From an uncultured virus (IMG/VR IMGVR_UViG_3300037963_003337) (lineage: Duplodnaviria > Heunggongvirae > Uroviricota > Caudoviricetes): a DNA stretch of 64,000 nucleotides. Position numbers and translations under genes: made by a program. Of the stretch, positions 55,312 to 64,000 are shown one piece after another; positions within the stretch are counted from its first letter, which is position 1, and every line of letters begins with the position of its first letter. The stretch lies in the IMG/VR virus record IMGVR_UViG_3300037963_003337; one strand, given 5' to 3'. Under the pieces are notes generated by a model, which did not search any database, had not been told where the DNA came from, and was given only the letters and a program-made list of their open reading frames with translations.

Positions 55312-57702
55312 ATGGCTAATCAAGGTTTTGTACAATCATTAAATTTATTAGAAGTACCAGATGGTGCTGAATTAATCCAGAACCTCGCTGGAGGTACAGT
55401 TGATGCTGACATGAGATTGTTTGCTGGGTTATCAAGCAAGAGATCTCAATTATTTTGGGACAGATTTTATAATTCAGTAAATATTGCTAAGTCACCAACA
55501 ACATTAACACAATCAACACAGTTTGAATGGGATACTGACTACAGTTATACTGATGAAGATATCATATCAGTAACTCCAATTAATCTTATCAAGGAAGTTG
55601 GAGCATCATTCGTTGGATTTGATGGTGATGGAGTATTAGTCAACAACTTGTCTGGTAGTTTTATTGCATTTGATAGGGGAGAAGGATATACTCCAGGCAC
55701 ATATAATTTAAACTTACAGGGTGGTAGTGGTCAAAATGCAACTGCAGAAATTATTGTTAATAATAATGGTCTTGTAGAATCAGTAGAAATTACTAATAGT
55801 GGTACTGGATATGCTAGAGGAGATACATTTACTGCTGCTATTCCAGGCAACGGAGTAGGATTCAATGTTAGAATTATTTCTAATCCTTGGAAAGTAATTA
55901 TTATTGGTAACTTTGCATGGGACGTTGCTAATCTTAATACCAAACAATTATCAATTGAGGTTAACAATACCAGTTCAGCATTAGATGGTGATTATAATAT
56001 AGATATCCCAGGAACTGGTGTTAATGCATGGCACCTCCCAACTAACAACACACTTCCAGCATTTGATATTAATAGAAAGATCTTTGCCGATACAAAGATT
56101 AGTAATAACTTAGATTTATACGATATTGATGGTGATGGAACATTTACCAGCACTGATGCTGATTTAATCTATGCTTGGGCAGATGCAAAACGCACTGGAT
56201 CAACTGGTGAATCAGCAATTACGTCATATTTAAATAGCAACTCTCTGCCTGCAGGTGCTATTAGAAACAATACAACTAGAATTTACAATTACCTTCAAGG
56301 ATTATCACCATTATTGTGGGATATAGATGGGACTGGATTTAGTGTCTATGAAAGTGGTAATACTGCTGCTGAGTTAACTAGATTCTATAATTACTTCACA
56401 GGTTATATCGGTGGTGGAAACTATCCATATCCAGCAGCATCTACATTATTATCACAGACACCAACTGCAACAACAGCAACTACAAAACATGCTATTGCTA
56501 TTGAGTTCTTGGCAAATAGAGATCCTCAGTATGCCGTACCTGCAGAAGTAGAAGATGAGTATGAGAGACCATATTTTGTATTGAAATTCAATCAGAGTAA
56601 TAGTAAGATAAATGCATTTGATAATTTTGTTGAGTATGGATCACAACAAACATGTACCACCAATCAAACTGACTGGATTAATAATGTTCAGGTAGGTTCA
56701 TATAATTCAACTCTCAACTACAGAATTATTGATAAGTTCAGTACTACTGATTCTTCTCAGAACATTACATATTTTGTTGTTATTGTTACTGCTGGAACTG
56801 GTAAACCTGTTTCTCAAGCATTTGGTAGTAATCCAACACTTACACCAATCAACTCTGCACCAGTATTTGATTCATCACGTGAGTATGGTGTGTTTGACTC
56901 GAACTCAACTGATAAGTTTTTCCTAAGAACTAATCCTAGAAGTACAAGTGAAACTGCAAAGCAAATTATTACATTCTCAGAGAAGTATACGGTAAGCGAT
57001 AGTGCATCTAATTACAATGGTGAGATTGTCAATGTAACTACATTGATTCCAGATATTATTATGGAGAGAGATGACTCTCTAACCACTGAGAACATTGAAT
57101 TTTTAGAAGCACCTGTTATTGTTGATACTGGTGACAATGATTACGTTGGAACATTCGGTGCATTTAGTTATAATATTGAAGGATATTCAACAGAACTCAA
57201 CAATATTACTGACAACGTAGATGAGTCAATTTACTTAAGAACTACAAAGTATAGAATTGACAGAAGTTTATATTATGTTAAAGAGATCACAGTCAATGGA
57301 TTTATGACATCCTTTGACCCTGATGGATTCAACTCATCAGTTACAGATTTGACTGCTGAATTATCACCAGGTATCTACATCTCATCTTCAGCATCACAGA
57401 TTACTAATCCATTAGCATCTGACTTTGCTAATAAGACAAGATCATTCTCTAGTGATTACAACCCATGGAAAGATGATGCAGTACCAAATGCACTGTCTAC
57501 CACATCATTGGCAGTAAACATTAATGATTTGGTATGGACATCAGAGATTAAATTAGATGTAGGTAATAATATTGCACATCAAGGACTATCCCAAACTCTT
57601 GATGGTAACTTTAATAGCAACACAGTTTCACAGGGTCAATCATTCAAACTCAAGATGTTAATTAATGGTGAAGAATACTTTATTATTATGCGTAAATCTT
57701 AG
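55312..57702 (+). CDS. Virion protein with Ca-binding dockerin/EF-hand-like loops (796 aa)
   Basis: DIDGDGTFTSTD and DIDGTG; V.ITNSGTGY fibre motif. Confidence 0.6.
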   Translation: MANQGFVQSLNLLEVPDGAELIQNLAGGTVDADMRLFAGLSSKRSQLFWDRFYNSVNIAKSPTTLTQSTQFEWDTDYSYTDEDIISVTPINLIKEVGASFVGFDGDGVLVNNLSGSFIAFDRGEGYTPGTYNLNLQGGSGQNATAEIIVNNNGLVESVEITNSGTGYARGDTFTAAIPGNGVGFNVRIISNPWKVIIIGNFAWDVANLNTKQLSIEVNNTSSALDGDYNIDIPGTGVNAWHLPTNNTLPAFDINRKIFADTKISNNLDLYDIDGDGTFTSTDADLIYAWADAKRTGSTGESAITSYLNSNSLPAGAIRNNTTRIYNYLQGLSPLLWDIDGTGFSVYESGNTAAELTRFYNYFTGYIGGGNYPYPAASTLLSQTPTATTATTKHAIAIEFLANRDPQYAVPAEVEDEYERPYFVLKFNQSNSKINAFDNFVEYGSQQTCTTNQTDWINNVQVGSYNSTLNYRIIDKFSTTDSSQNITYFVVIVTAGTGKPVSQAFGSNPTLTPINSAPVFDSSREYGVFDSNSTDKFFLRTNPRSTSETAKQIITFSEKYTVSDSASNYNGEIVNVTTLIPDIIMERDDSLTTENIEFLEAPVIVDTGDNDYVGTFGAFSYNIEGYSTELNNITDNVDESIYLRTTKYRIDRSLYYVKEITVNGFMTSFDPDGFNSSVTDLTAELSPGIYISSSASQITNPLASDFANKTRSFSSDYNPWKDDAVPNALSTTSLAVNINDLVWTSEIKLDVGNNIAHQGLSQTLDGNFNSNTVSQGQSFKLKMLINGEEYFIIMRKS

Positions 57703-60700
57703 AAAGGTTTACTAGTACCAAACAGTAGATCATATTTAATACCACCAAATACAACCTCTACCTTCTCATTGACTGGTAATTGAGCGTTAGTGATGTTGCT
57801 TGGGATACCAAAGATTTTACTTTCAGGATGAGTTGCAGACAAACTTCTAACATTGATCAATCCAGCAACGTGGAAGTCAGGGTTTAGAATAGTGGTAGAC
57901 AATCCAATCTCAGAACTATCAAATGGTGGTGAGGTATCAAGTGGTGGGCAGCAGAGTTCCTTACTCTCCAGAACTGTATTAGCAAATGTATATACAGATA
58001 ATTTGTTAGTGGAGTTCAGAATGAATGGTGACAATGCACCATTAGCACCACTAGAGGAGTTGTCTGCATTTTCATGTAAGATTCTAAGACCTTTCCAAAT
58101 GTCTTGGTCAATCTCACGATCTACAGGTAAGATTTCATAGAAACTATTTCTGTAGTGCATGTAGCGTTTTCTGCTAGGATTCTCACTCCATGTGTTAGGA
58201 CTCTCAGCAGGAGAGATGATAATATTATCAGCAGGGAACAGATTAATTGACTTTTGTGGTGTATTAATGGTCTGTACTTGACCATTGTTGTCAGTGTATG
58301 TTCTAGTGCCTTGATCTACCAGTGTTGTTGTAAGTGTTCCACCAGAACTACTCGCTTGTGCTGGAGTTACACCAGGATATGAATAAAGAGGTTCCCAGTT
58401 ACTAGCAGCATCAAACTCTGGATACCATAAGAATTTACTGGTGGTTGAGAATGATTTAATATATGAACCAGCAGGCAGAACATATTCAACAGCAGTGCCA
58501 GCATTATTATTTCTTACAAATGATCTATGTGATGTACTATAGAACATTTCAATATCAGTGCTGGCGGTTCCTGCTGCATTACCAGTAAGATTAACACCAT
58601 TATATGATGATGCACTGAGTGTAATGTCAGAGGTAATCTTCACCATTCTGTCAGGATATGCTGAGTTACCAGGGTTAGAACTATTATATCCAGCATCATT
58701 TAACCAAGCATTGTAGAATGTAGAAAGTTGATTGAGGTTAGAAATTTCACCATTTCCATTTGGACCAGAGACACTACCAATTTTATTTGCTTGTGGTAGA
58801 GTGAAGTCCTGGTGCCTAGAGAGATATACATTTCTCAAATCAAACAATGATGATTCATACTCTTGTAAATTGATAAATTTACATCTCTTTGTAGTACCAT
58901 CTACTAAGAAGTCATCCTCAAGATCATCCCAAGATGAAATGCTATCATTAAGACGTACAACCATATAGTATTTGATATTCAAACTAGTGCTAGTTGTATC
59001 ACCCCAGACATTACCAGATACTCTGACAAATCCCTCCATACTACCAATAGTAACCATTGGTGTAGTATAACCATTAGCAAAATTTACAAATCCATCTTCA
59101 ATTAATTTTAATTTCAACTTAGTACCATTGAGATTGGCAAAGACCTGGTTACCACCATACTTTTTACAACCAATAAATGTATTTTGTATATGGTTAACAA
59201 CACTTCCAGCGCCAGTACCACCTTGTAAATCTGCCATTCCCCAAGCATCACGATTACCAGCAGCACCATCACACCAGTATGCTACTGAATCTTGATAGGT
59301 ATTTGCAAATTCATTAGTTGTGATACTTGTTCTATCCTTACTACCAGTGCGATCAAGTAGTTTTCTATATGGATCTTCAGGGTCACCAGTATTTCCTCTG
59401 TAACCATTCTGACCTCCACCTTGTGTGGTAGATGTCTCATTCCAACGGATATCAATGCCTGCTACATTTGCATTACCAGACATATCAACATCAATTAAGA
59501 TATATTTGGTCTTTACTTTATCTGTGGTTGCATCATAGTTATTTTGAGCACATGCTGAACCAGTACAGAATTGCTCAAGAGGTTTAGTAATATCAATACC
59601 TCTATCTCTATAGATTGCACACAGACCACCATCAGTGCCACCACCTGCTGGATATGGCATTTGATCATCAAATTCAATAGCAAGTTCATTATCAGCAATC
59701 TTCTCAAATCTAGTTGCTCTACAATATGTGGTTTGTGTTGCATTCTTGAATACAATAACGTGTCCAAGATCAATTTCATCAATCTTATCTTCAGGTACAG
59801 TCAGAACTGTATATGATGTTGTTTGATTAACTTGATCTGTAAGTGGTAAGGTTTCACCAGTTGGTGACAATAGAGTATGATTGGCAGTAGTAACAAATCC
59901 TCTGTGGTCAAATACAGTGACATTGTATGAGGTATTTGAACCAACGTTTGCCTCTTTACTAAGAACAATAGAATTACTATCTGCTAATACATCAATAACT
60001 CTTGTTCCAAGTGGGATTGTAGAAGTACCTACGTGTCCATCAGTGCTATCTTGTACAAGATAATTACCAACCTCAACATCAGTTGAGTTGTTAATGTTAA
60101 ACAGTCGAGAATCTGCGTCTATGTTTCCAGATCTGCTTAATGTAACAGCACCCCAACTCTCTTGTGGTGTGTAAATTGACTTAATAGGTAAGAGAGAATA
60201 CAGGATATTGTATTGGTCACCAGCAGAGATCAATTGCTTCTTACCAAATGCTCTCTGATCTACACCATCTTCTCTACTTGTACCACCAGAAAGAACTGAG
60301 TTGTCTAAGAATGTTTTAAAGTCACCAATTTGATAGAACTCATAGTCCTTTTCATATAGTTGCTTATATGTTAAACGACCATAACCACCAGATGTTTCTG
60401 TTCTTTGTCTAATAATCCATGCTTTATTATTACTGTTAGTATCTACATCATCATCCTTCATAAAGAATGTCCAGTCAAAGACATAATCAACATAGCGATC
60501 AAGATATTGACTGATTCTGATATATCTCTGTCGTGTAGTTAACTCACCCATGCGTGCTACATGGAGAAGATTATTATATGTGTTACCACTAAACAAAGTA
60601 TGATTCAAACTGCCAGTGGTATATGTTGTGTCAATCTTCTTATTATCTAATTCATCTTGTGCCTGAATACTATACTCTGAAGTAGTGCCATCATACCTGA

Positions 60701-62282
60701 AATAGTATTGTTGATCATTATTATAACCGTCGTCAAAGTTAGTATAATCAGGATCAATTTCTACAGTAATAGTATTGACACCATTGGATGATGTGCAATT
60801 TGTTACATTGTATCTTCTTACACCTTGCTCAGCTTCATACTCCTCATCAGTTGTATTAGCGGGATTAACATCAGTATTTGCAATTCTATAATCATAGATG
60901 AAATCATTAATCATGATGTTCTGATATACTTCATCACTAACTGTAAACTGTGTAGCATTTACAATTGCATTATCACCAATAAGTTCGATATCAGTTCTAT
61001 GTCTATATGAATTAAGATATGTCTTCATATCTTTTCTATCATATGGAGTATATCTTACTACTGCCTTCAATCCTTCAATATTGGCATTAGGGTTTTTAGA
61101 AAATGTACCAGTGTTTAAGGTCAGTGTATATCCACCATTAGGATCAGGTAGAGTTGATGCGTTGAGATTTAATTTATTAAATTCTTCAGTTACTTCAATA
61201 TAGAATCTTGGAATCTTTTTTACATCTTCATAATCAAATAAATGTAGAACTCTATATCTCTGTGCAGGAACTTGACCCTCTTGTACATCTAAGAATATCA
61301 AATCACCATGCTTGATATCCATAGCATCTTCAAGATGCACCTCAACCAATTGTCTGGTAGGGTCATTATAAATGTTTAGAATTTCATCAACTTGATTTAG
61401 TTTGTATTGTGTCGTCTGCTCACTGAGGGTGTTATTACCATCCAGAAAACTAAACACAAAATCATCTGGAGCACCATATCTCACTGACTGGAATGACTGA
61501 GATGATGGATCCTGAAACTTAAAGATTGTGCTACCAGTAGTATTAATTAAGAATGTGGTAATGCCTGCTACTGTTGGTTTATAGAATCCCTGCCAATTAG
61601 TACCACCAAAGAGAGATAGGAATGATGATTGTAACTTATCACTGTATACAAAGTTTCCTTGCTCCCAGAAGTTATCACTCAGTGTGGTAATATTGCCATC
61701 ACTATCAATCTCATCATCAAAGAATAGATCTGTAACTGGTCCTACAGATAACCACTGATTCTCAGATCCACCTGGAACATCTGCTTCACCGACTCGGATT
61801 CTACGCCATAGTTGATTATTATATGATACAATATCACCAATTTTGTAACTACCAAGAGTGTCTAAGTTTGAACTATATGCTGGTGCATCTCTTACAATAT
61901 TCTTATCGTCATAGTATTTGACATTAGGACCATCACCACCTAAGAAGAATGGTTCTCCTGTGGAGAAGTATGCTGCATCTAATCTATTCTTGATCTTGAT
62001 GAGTGGTCTGTATACTTTAGGGTTAGAACTGTTATCAATGATACCATTGTCAACAATAGTAAATGCTACAGTTACACCATCCAAACTAGCAAAGGTGCTC
62101 GCAGTAATATTTGTAATGTAAATGCCCTGAATGGGTTCTAAGTCAGTAGTAGTGAAAGAACTCTCACTACCAAGCATCGTTGGGTTTGATAAAATATTAT
62201 TAAGTGCTGCTGTTGCCGAGGGCAAATCAGACAGGTTCAAGTCCCTTCTTAATCCAAATTGATTAAACTGCTTCTGAGCCAT
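57699..62282 (-). CDS. Large virion protein with possible carbohydrate-binding modules (1527 aa)
   Basis: YKIGDIVSYNNQLWR (CBM5/12-like), WQGFYKP (PA14-like); late promoter boxes upstream. Confidence 0.65.
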   Translation of the reverse strand: MAQKQFNQFGLRRDLNLSDLPSATAALNNILSNPTMLGSESSFTTTDLEPIQGIYITNITASTFASLDGVTVAFTIVDNGIIDNSSNPKVYRPLIKIKNRLDAAYFSTGEPFFLGGDGPNVKYYDDKNIVRDAPAYSSNLDTLGSYKIGDIVSYNNQLWRRIRVGEADVPGGSENQWLSVGPVTDLFFDDEIDSDGNITTLSDNFWEQGNFVYSDKLQSSFLSLFGGTNWQGFYKPTVAGITTFLINTTGSTIFKFQDPSSQSFQSVRYGAPDDFVFSFLDGNNTLSEQTTQYKLNQVDEILNIYNDPTRQLVEVHLEDAMDIKHGDLIFLDVQEGQVPAQRYRVLHLFDYEDVKKIPRFYIEVTEEFNKLNLNASTLPDPNGGYTLTLNTGTFSKNPNANIEGLKAVVRYTPYDRKDMKTYLNSYRHRTDIELIGDNAIVNATQFTVSDEVYQNIMINDFIYDYRIANTDVNPANTTDEEYEAEQGVRRYNVTNCTSSNGVNTITVEIDPDYTNFDDGYNNDQQYYFRYDGTTSEYSIQAQDELDNKKIDTTYTTGSLNHTLFSGNTYNNLLHVARMGELTTRQRYIRISQYLDRYVDYVFDWTFFMKDDDVDTNSNNKAWIIRQRTETSGGYGRLTYKQLYEKDYEFYQIGDFKTFLDNSVLSGGTSREDGVDQRAFGKKQLISAGDQYNILYSLLPIKSIYTPQESWGAVTLSRSGNIDADSRLFNINNSTDVEVGNYLVQDSTDGHVGTSTIPLGTRVIDVLADSNSIVLSKEANVGSNTSYNVTVFDHRGFVTTANHTLLSPTGETLPLTDQVNQTTSYTVLTVPEDKIDEIDLGHVIVFKNATQTTYCRATRFEKIADNELAIEFDDQMPYPAGGGTDGGLCAIYRDRGIDITKPLEQFCTGSACAQNNYDATTDKVKTKYILIDVDMSGNANVAGIDIRWNETSTTQGGGQNGYRGNTGDPEDPYRKLLDRTGSKDRTSITTNEFANTYQDSVAYWCDGAAGNRDAWGMADLQGGTGAGSVVNHIQNTFIGCKKYGGNQVFANLNGTKLKLKLIEDGFVNFANGYTTPMVTIGSMEGFVRVSGNVWGDTTSTSLNIKYYMVVRLNDSISSWDDLEDDFLVDGTTKRCKFINLQEYESSLFDLRNVYLSRHQDFTLPQANKIGSVSGPNGNGEISNLNQLSTFYNAWLNDAGYNSSNPGNSAYPDRMVKITSDITLSASSYNGVNLTGNAAGTASTDIEMFYSTSHRSFVRNNNAGTAVEYVLPAGSYIKSFSTTSKFLWYPEFDAASNWEPLYSYPGVTPAQASSSGGTLTTTLVDQGTRTYTDNNGQVQTINTPQKSINLFPADNIIISPAESPNTWSENPSRKRYMHYRNSFYEILPVDREIDQDIWKGLRILHENADNSSSGANGALSPFILNSTNKLSVYTFANTVLESKELCCPPLDTSPPFDSSEIGLSTTILNPDFHVAGLINVRSLSATHPESKIFGIPSNITNAQLPVNEKVEVVFGGIKYDLLFGTSKPF

Positions 62283-62294
62283 GAGATATACGGG

Positions 62295-62347
62295 TTGCCT
62301 TTTACTGCTATTTATGGTATAGTGGTTTAGTCAATCTCATATTTATA
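62295..62347. promoter_or_regulatory. Divergent control region: + strand sigma70 promoter and - strand late promoters
   Basis: TTGCCT (62295-62300), 17 nt, TGG-TATAGT (62318-62323); ATAAATA (-, 62309-62315) and TATAAATA (-, 62340-62347). Confidence 0.6.
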
Positions 62348-62598
62348 TGGACTTTCAAAAGTATCTCGACAATCTCACCAACCAATTGAAGGCAGTCAAT
62401 GCTGACATCGTAGAGAAACAGGAGGAACTGGACAAACTCAAGGAGTTTCGGTCTCGTATCAAGGGAGGACTAGAAGTGGTCAACCAGATCGAGTCAGACA
62501 ACAAACCAGAGGAACGTCCACCATTGCAATTGCAGCAGGAGATCCGTAATGAGATCCAAGAACTGCAACGCCATGGTGGTGACATGGACGCACTGTGA
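62347..62598 (+). CDS. Coiled-coil hypothetical protein
   Basis: 83-aa helical ORF. Confidence 0.7.
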   Translation: MDFQKYLDNLTNQLKAVNADIVEKQEELDKLKEFRSRIKGGLEVVNQIESDNKPEERPPLQLQQEIRNEIQELQRHGGDMDAL

Positions 62599-62678
62599 CA
62601 GTGTACAAACCGCCACACCACAGGTCGCCAAGGACCAGGTGTTCGCTACAATATGAACATACACAAGGGAACACCACC

Positions 62679-63092
62679 ATGTACAACACCACACTGACCG
62701 CCGAGAAGATTGAGGACTACACAGTAATGCTGTGTGATGCTCTCTACATGAACTTCAAAGAGTACAACATTCGTGCTCATCAGCGTTCTATCAACATGGG
62801 TGAGGACAACACTGGTTACCATGCTCGTAAGATCGAAGAGATCAAAGAGAACGGTGCTGACATTGAGTTCTACACCAAGAGAGGTAAGCGTTACCTGAAG
62901 ATCATTATGAAGGACAGTGGTGGTTCCAATAGCGTCCATGCCTTCGTTGATCGTGAGACAGGTGATGTGTACAAGGCAGCATCCTGGAAGCAACCTGCTA
63001 AGATTGCTCGTTTCTCTCTCCTGCAGGACAGTGACCGTGAGTGGTTGTACCTCCACGCTGACTGGTCTGGTGGTTACCTCTACATCCGCTGA
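62679..63092 (+). CDS. Conserved phage hypothetical protein (early-type)
   Basis: SVHAFVD..TGDVYKAASW..PAK...ADWSGGYLY; ATG after AAGGGA. Confidence 0.8.
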   Translation: MYNTTLTAEKIEDYTVMLCDALYMNFKEYNIRAHQRSINMGEDNTGYHARKIEEIKENGADIEFYTKRGKRYLKIIMKDSGGSNSVHAFVDRETGDVYKAASWKQPAKIARFSLLQDSDREWLYLHADWSGGYLYIR

Positions 63093-63094
63093 TC

Positions 63095-63298
63095 ATGGAC
63101 GATATCACACGTAAGAGGTTGATCAATGCATTGTGTGCAGAGTGGGAATACTGCCTGCACAATGTATTTGAAGTTGACGGTGAGTGCATGAATCTCGAAG
63201 AGTATCGCCTTATGCTAGAATGCTACAATGACGATGATCTACTGAACATAGTAGGTGACGTTGACCACTATCTTAATCAATGGGGTGTTTGGAAATGA
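63095..63298 (+). CDS. Hypothetical protein
   Basis: LINAL..EWEY..H. Confidence 0.65.
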   Translation: MDDITRKRLINALCAEWEYCLHNVFEVDGECMNLEEYRLMLECYNDDDLLNIVGDVDHYLNQWGVWK

Positions 63299-63816
63299 AG
63301 AATCTAGACAATCTTCCACTAGGCACGTGTGTATGCTCCAAGTGTGGGGAGCGTAAATCTAATATTGAATTCTCATGGTATGCCAATAGGTTTACCAAGG
63401 ATGGTAAGCGTCTACGTGTCAATACAATCTGTGACACATGTTCCTCTCGCACTGCTAAGGAACTTGCTGCCATTAAGAGAACGATAGTGAAGCAGCATCC
63501 ACGTCCTGCATATGGTGAGAACTGTGCCATCTGTGATAAACCCGTGTACAAGAACAAAGCATCTGTACCTGATGGTGTAGATGGTACGTGGGGATGGCAA
63601 TGTGACCATGATCATGCATCTGGTCAGTTCAGAGGATGGTTGTGTAAGAAGTGCAACACGGGATTAGGAGCACTAGGTGATGATCTGGAGTCCATTCTTC
63701 GTGCTGTACAATACCTTGCCAAGCAAGATGACCTAGAAATCTACACTGTATGGAACGGTGGTAAGAGTAGAATTGCGTCTAAGGTCAATAAAGAGTACCT
63801 GAAACGCGGAGAATAA
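63295..63816 (+). CDS. Endonuclease VII-family (HNH-type) nuclease, possible homing endonuclease
   Basis: CSKC...CDTC zinc ribbon; CAIC...DHDH...RGWLCKKCN.GLG. Confidence 0.88.
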   Translation: MKNLDNLPLGTCVCSKCGERKSNIEFSWYANRFTKDGKRLRVNTICDTCSSRTAKELAAIKRTIVKQHPRPAYGENCAICDKPVYKNKASVPDGVDGTWGWQCDHDHASGQFRGWLCKKCNTGLGALGDDLESILRAVQYLAKQDDLEIYTVWNGGKSRIASKVNKEYLKRGE

Positions 63817-63835
63817 ATACATTGCGTTCACACGC

Positions 63836-63864
63836 TTGACAATATTCCGTAAATGACTTAAACT
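63836..63864 (+). promoter_or_regulatory. Sigma70-type promoter
   Basis: TTGACA, 17 nt, TAAACT. Confidence 0.65.
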
Positions 63865-63888
63865 TTACCCGTTCACGCATTTTCCACT

Positions 63889-64000
63889 ATGTACAGCACT
63901 ACTACTATTGTTGATCGTTCTGTGTATTACGTAGAAGAGATCACATATGAGTCCGCCTTTGAGTGTGACCATGATGAAGAAGGATGGTATGTCGAACTAT
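63889..64000 (+). CDS. Hypothetical protein, truncated by window end
   Basis: ATG after the promoter, open to the window end. Confidence 0.55.
   Translation, partial: MYSTTTIVDRSVYYVEEITYESAFECDHDEEGWYVEL

Noticed and set aside
34435..62121. Many 60-190 aa antisense and alternate-frame ORFs within the giant genes
   Set aside because: Shadow ORFs from biased codon usage; no motifs or expression signals
34402..62282. Diversity-generating retroelement or invertible fibre cassette
   Set aside because: No reverse transcriptase or recombinase, and no near-identical DNA repeats seen by eye; a self dot-plot would be needed to exclude short ones

Overview
A 64-kb segment of a T4-like marine cyanomyovirus genome, probably infecting Synechococcus. 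It has six blocks. (1) 1-5.8 kb: host-derived metabolic genes (3' end of psbD, petF, petE, talC, PTOX, gnd, a hidden ndhP-like gene, zwf). (2) 5.8-10.2 kb: accessory small ORFs, a tandem glutamine-riboswitch-like RNA before a DUF4278 peptide gene, tRNA-Ser and an outer-membrane protein. (3) 10.2-17 kb: replication and metabolism genes (glutaredoxin, thyX, phoH, exonuclease, gp33, gp59, gp32). (4) 18-32.4 kb: baseplate and tail genes (gp53, gp48, gp2, gp4, gp54-like, gp26/gp51, two tape-measure-like hydrolases, gp27-like, cp12, split gp5). (5) 32.4-62.3 kb: three tRNAs with a structured ncRNA, then about 28 kb of giant virion/fibre genes including an LRR protein. (6) From 62.3 kb: the start of an early-type region with an endonuclease VII-family nuclease. 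The strongest unannotated signals are an interlocked double glutamine-aptamer whose second P2 loop contains a 53-codon ORF, and two candidate programmed -1 frameshifts (gp26 to gp51 at T TTT TTC; a micro-gene at A AAA AAG). Product calls come from motif recognition by eye; no database searches were run.
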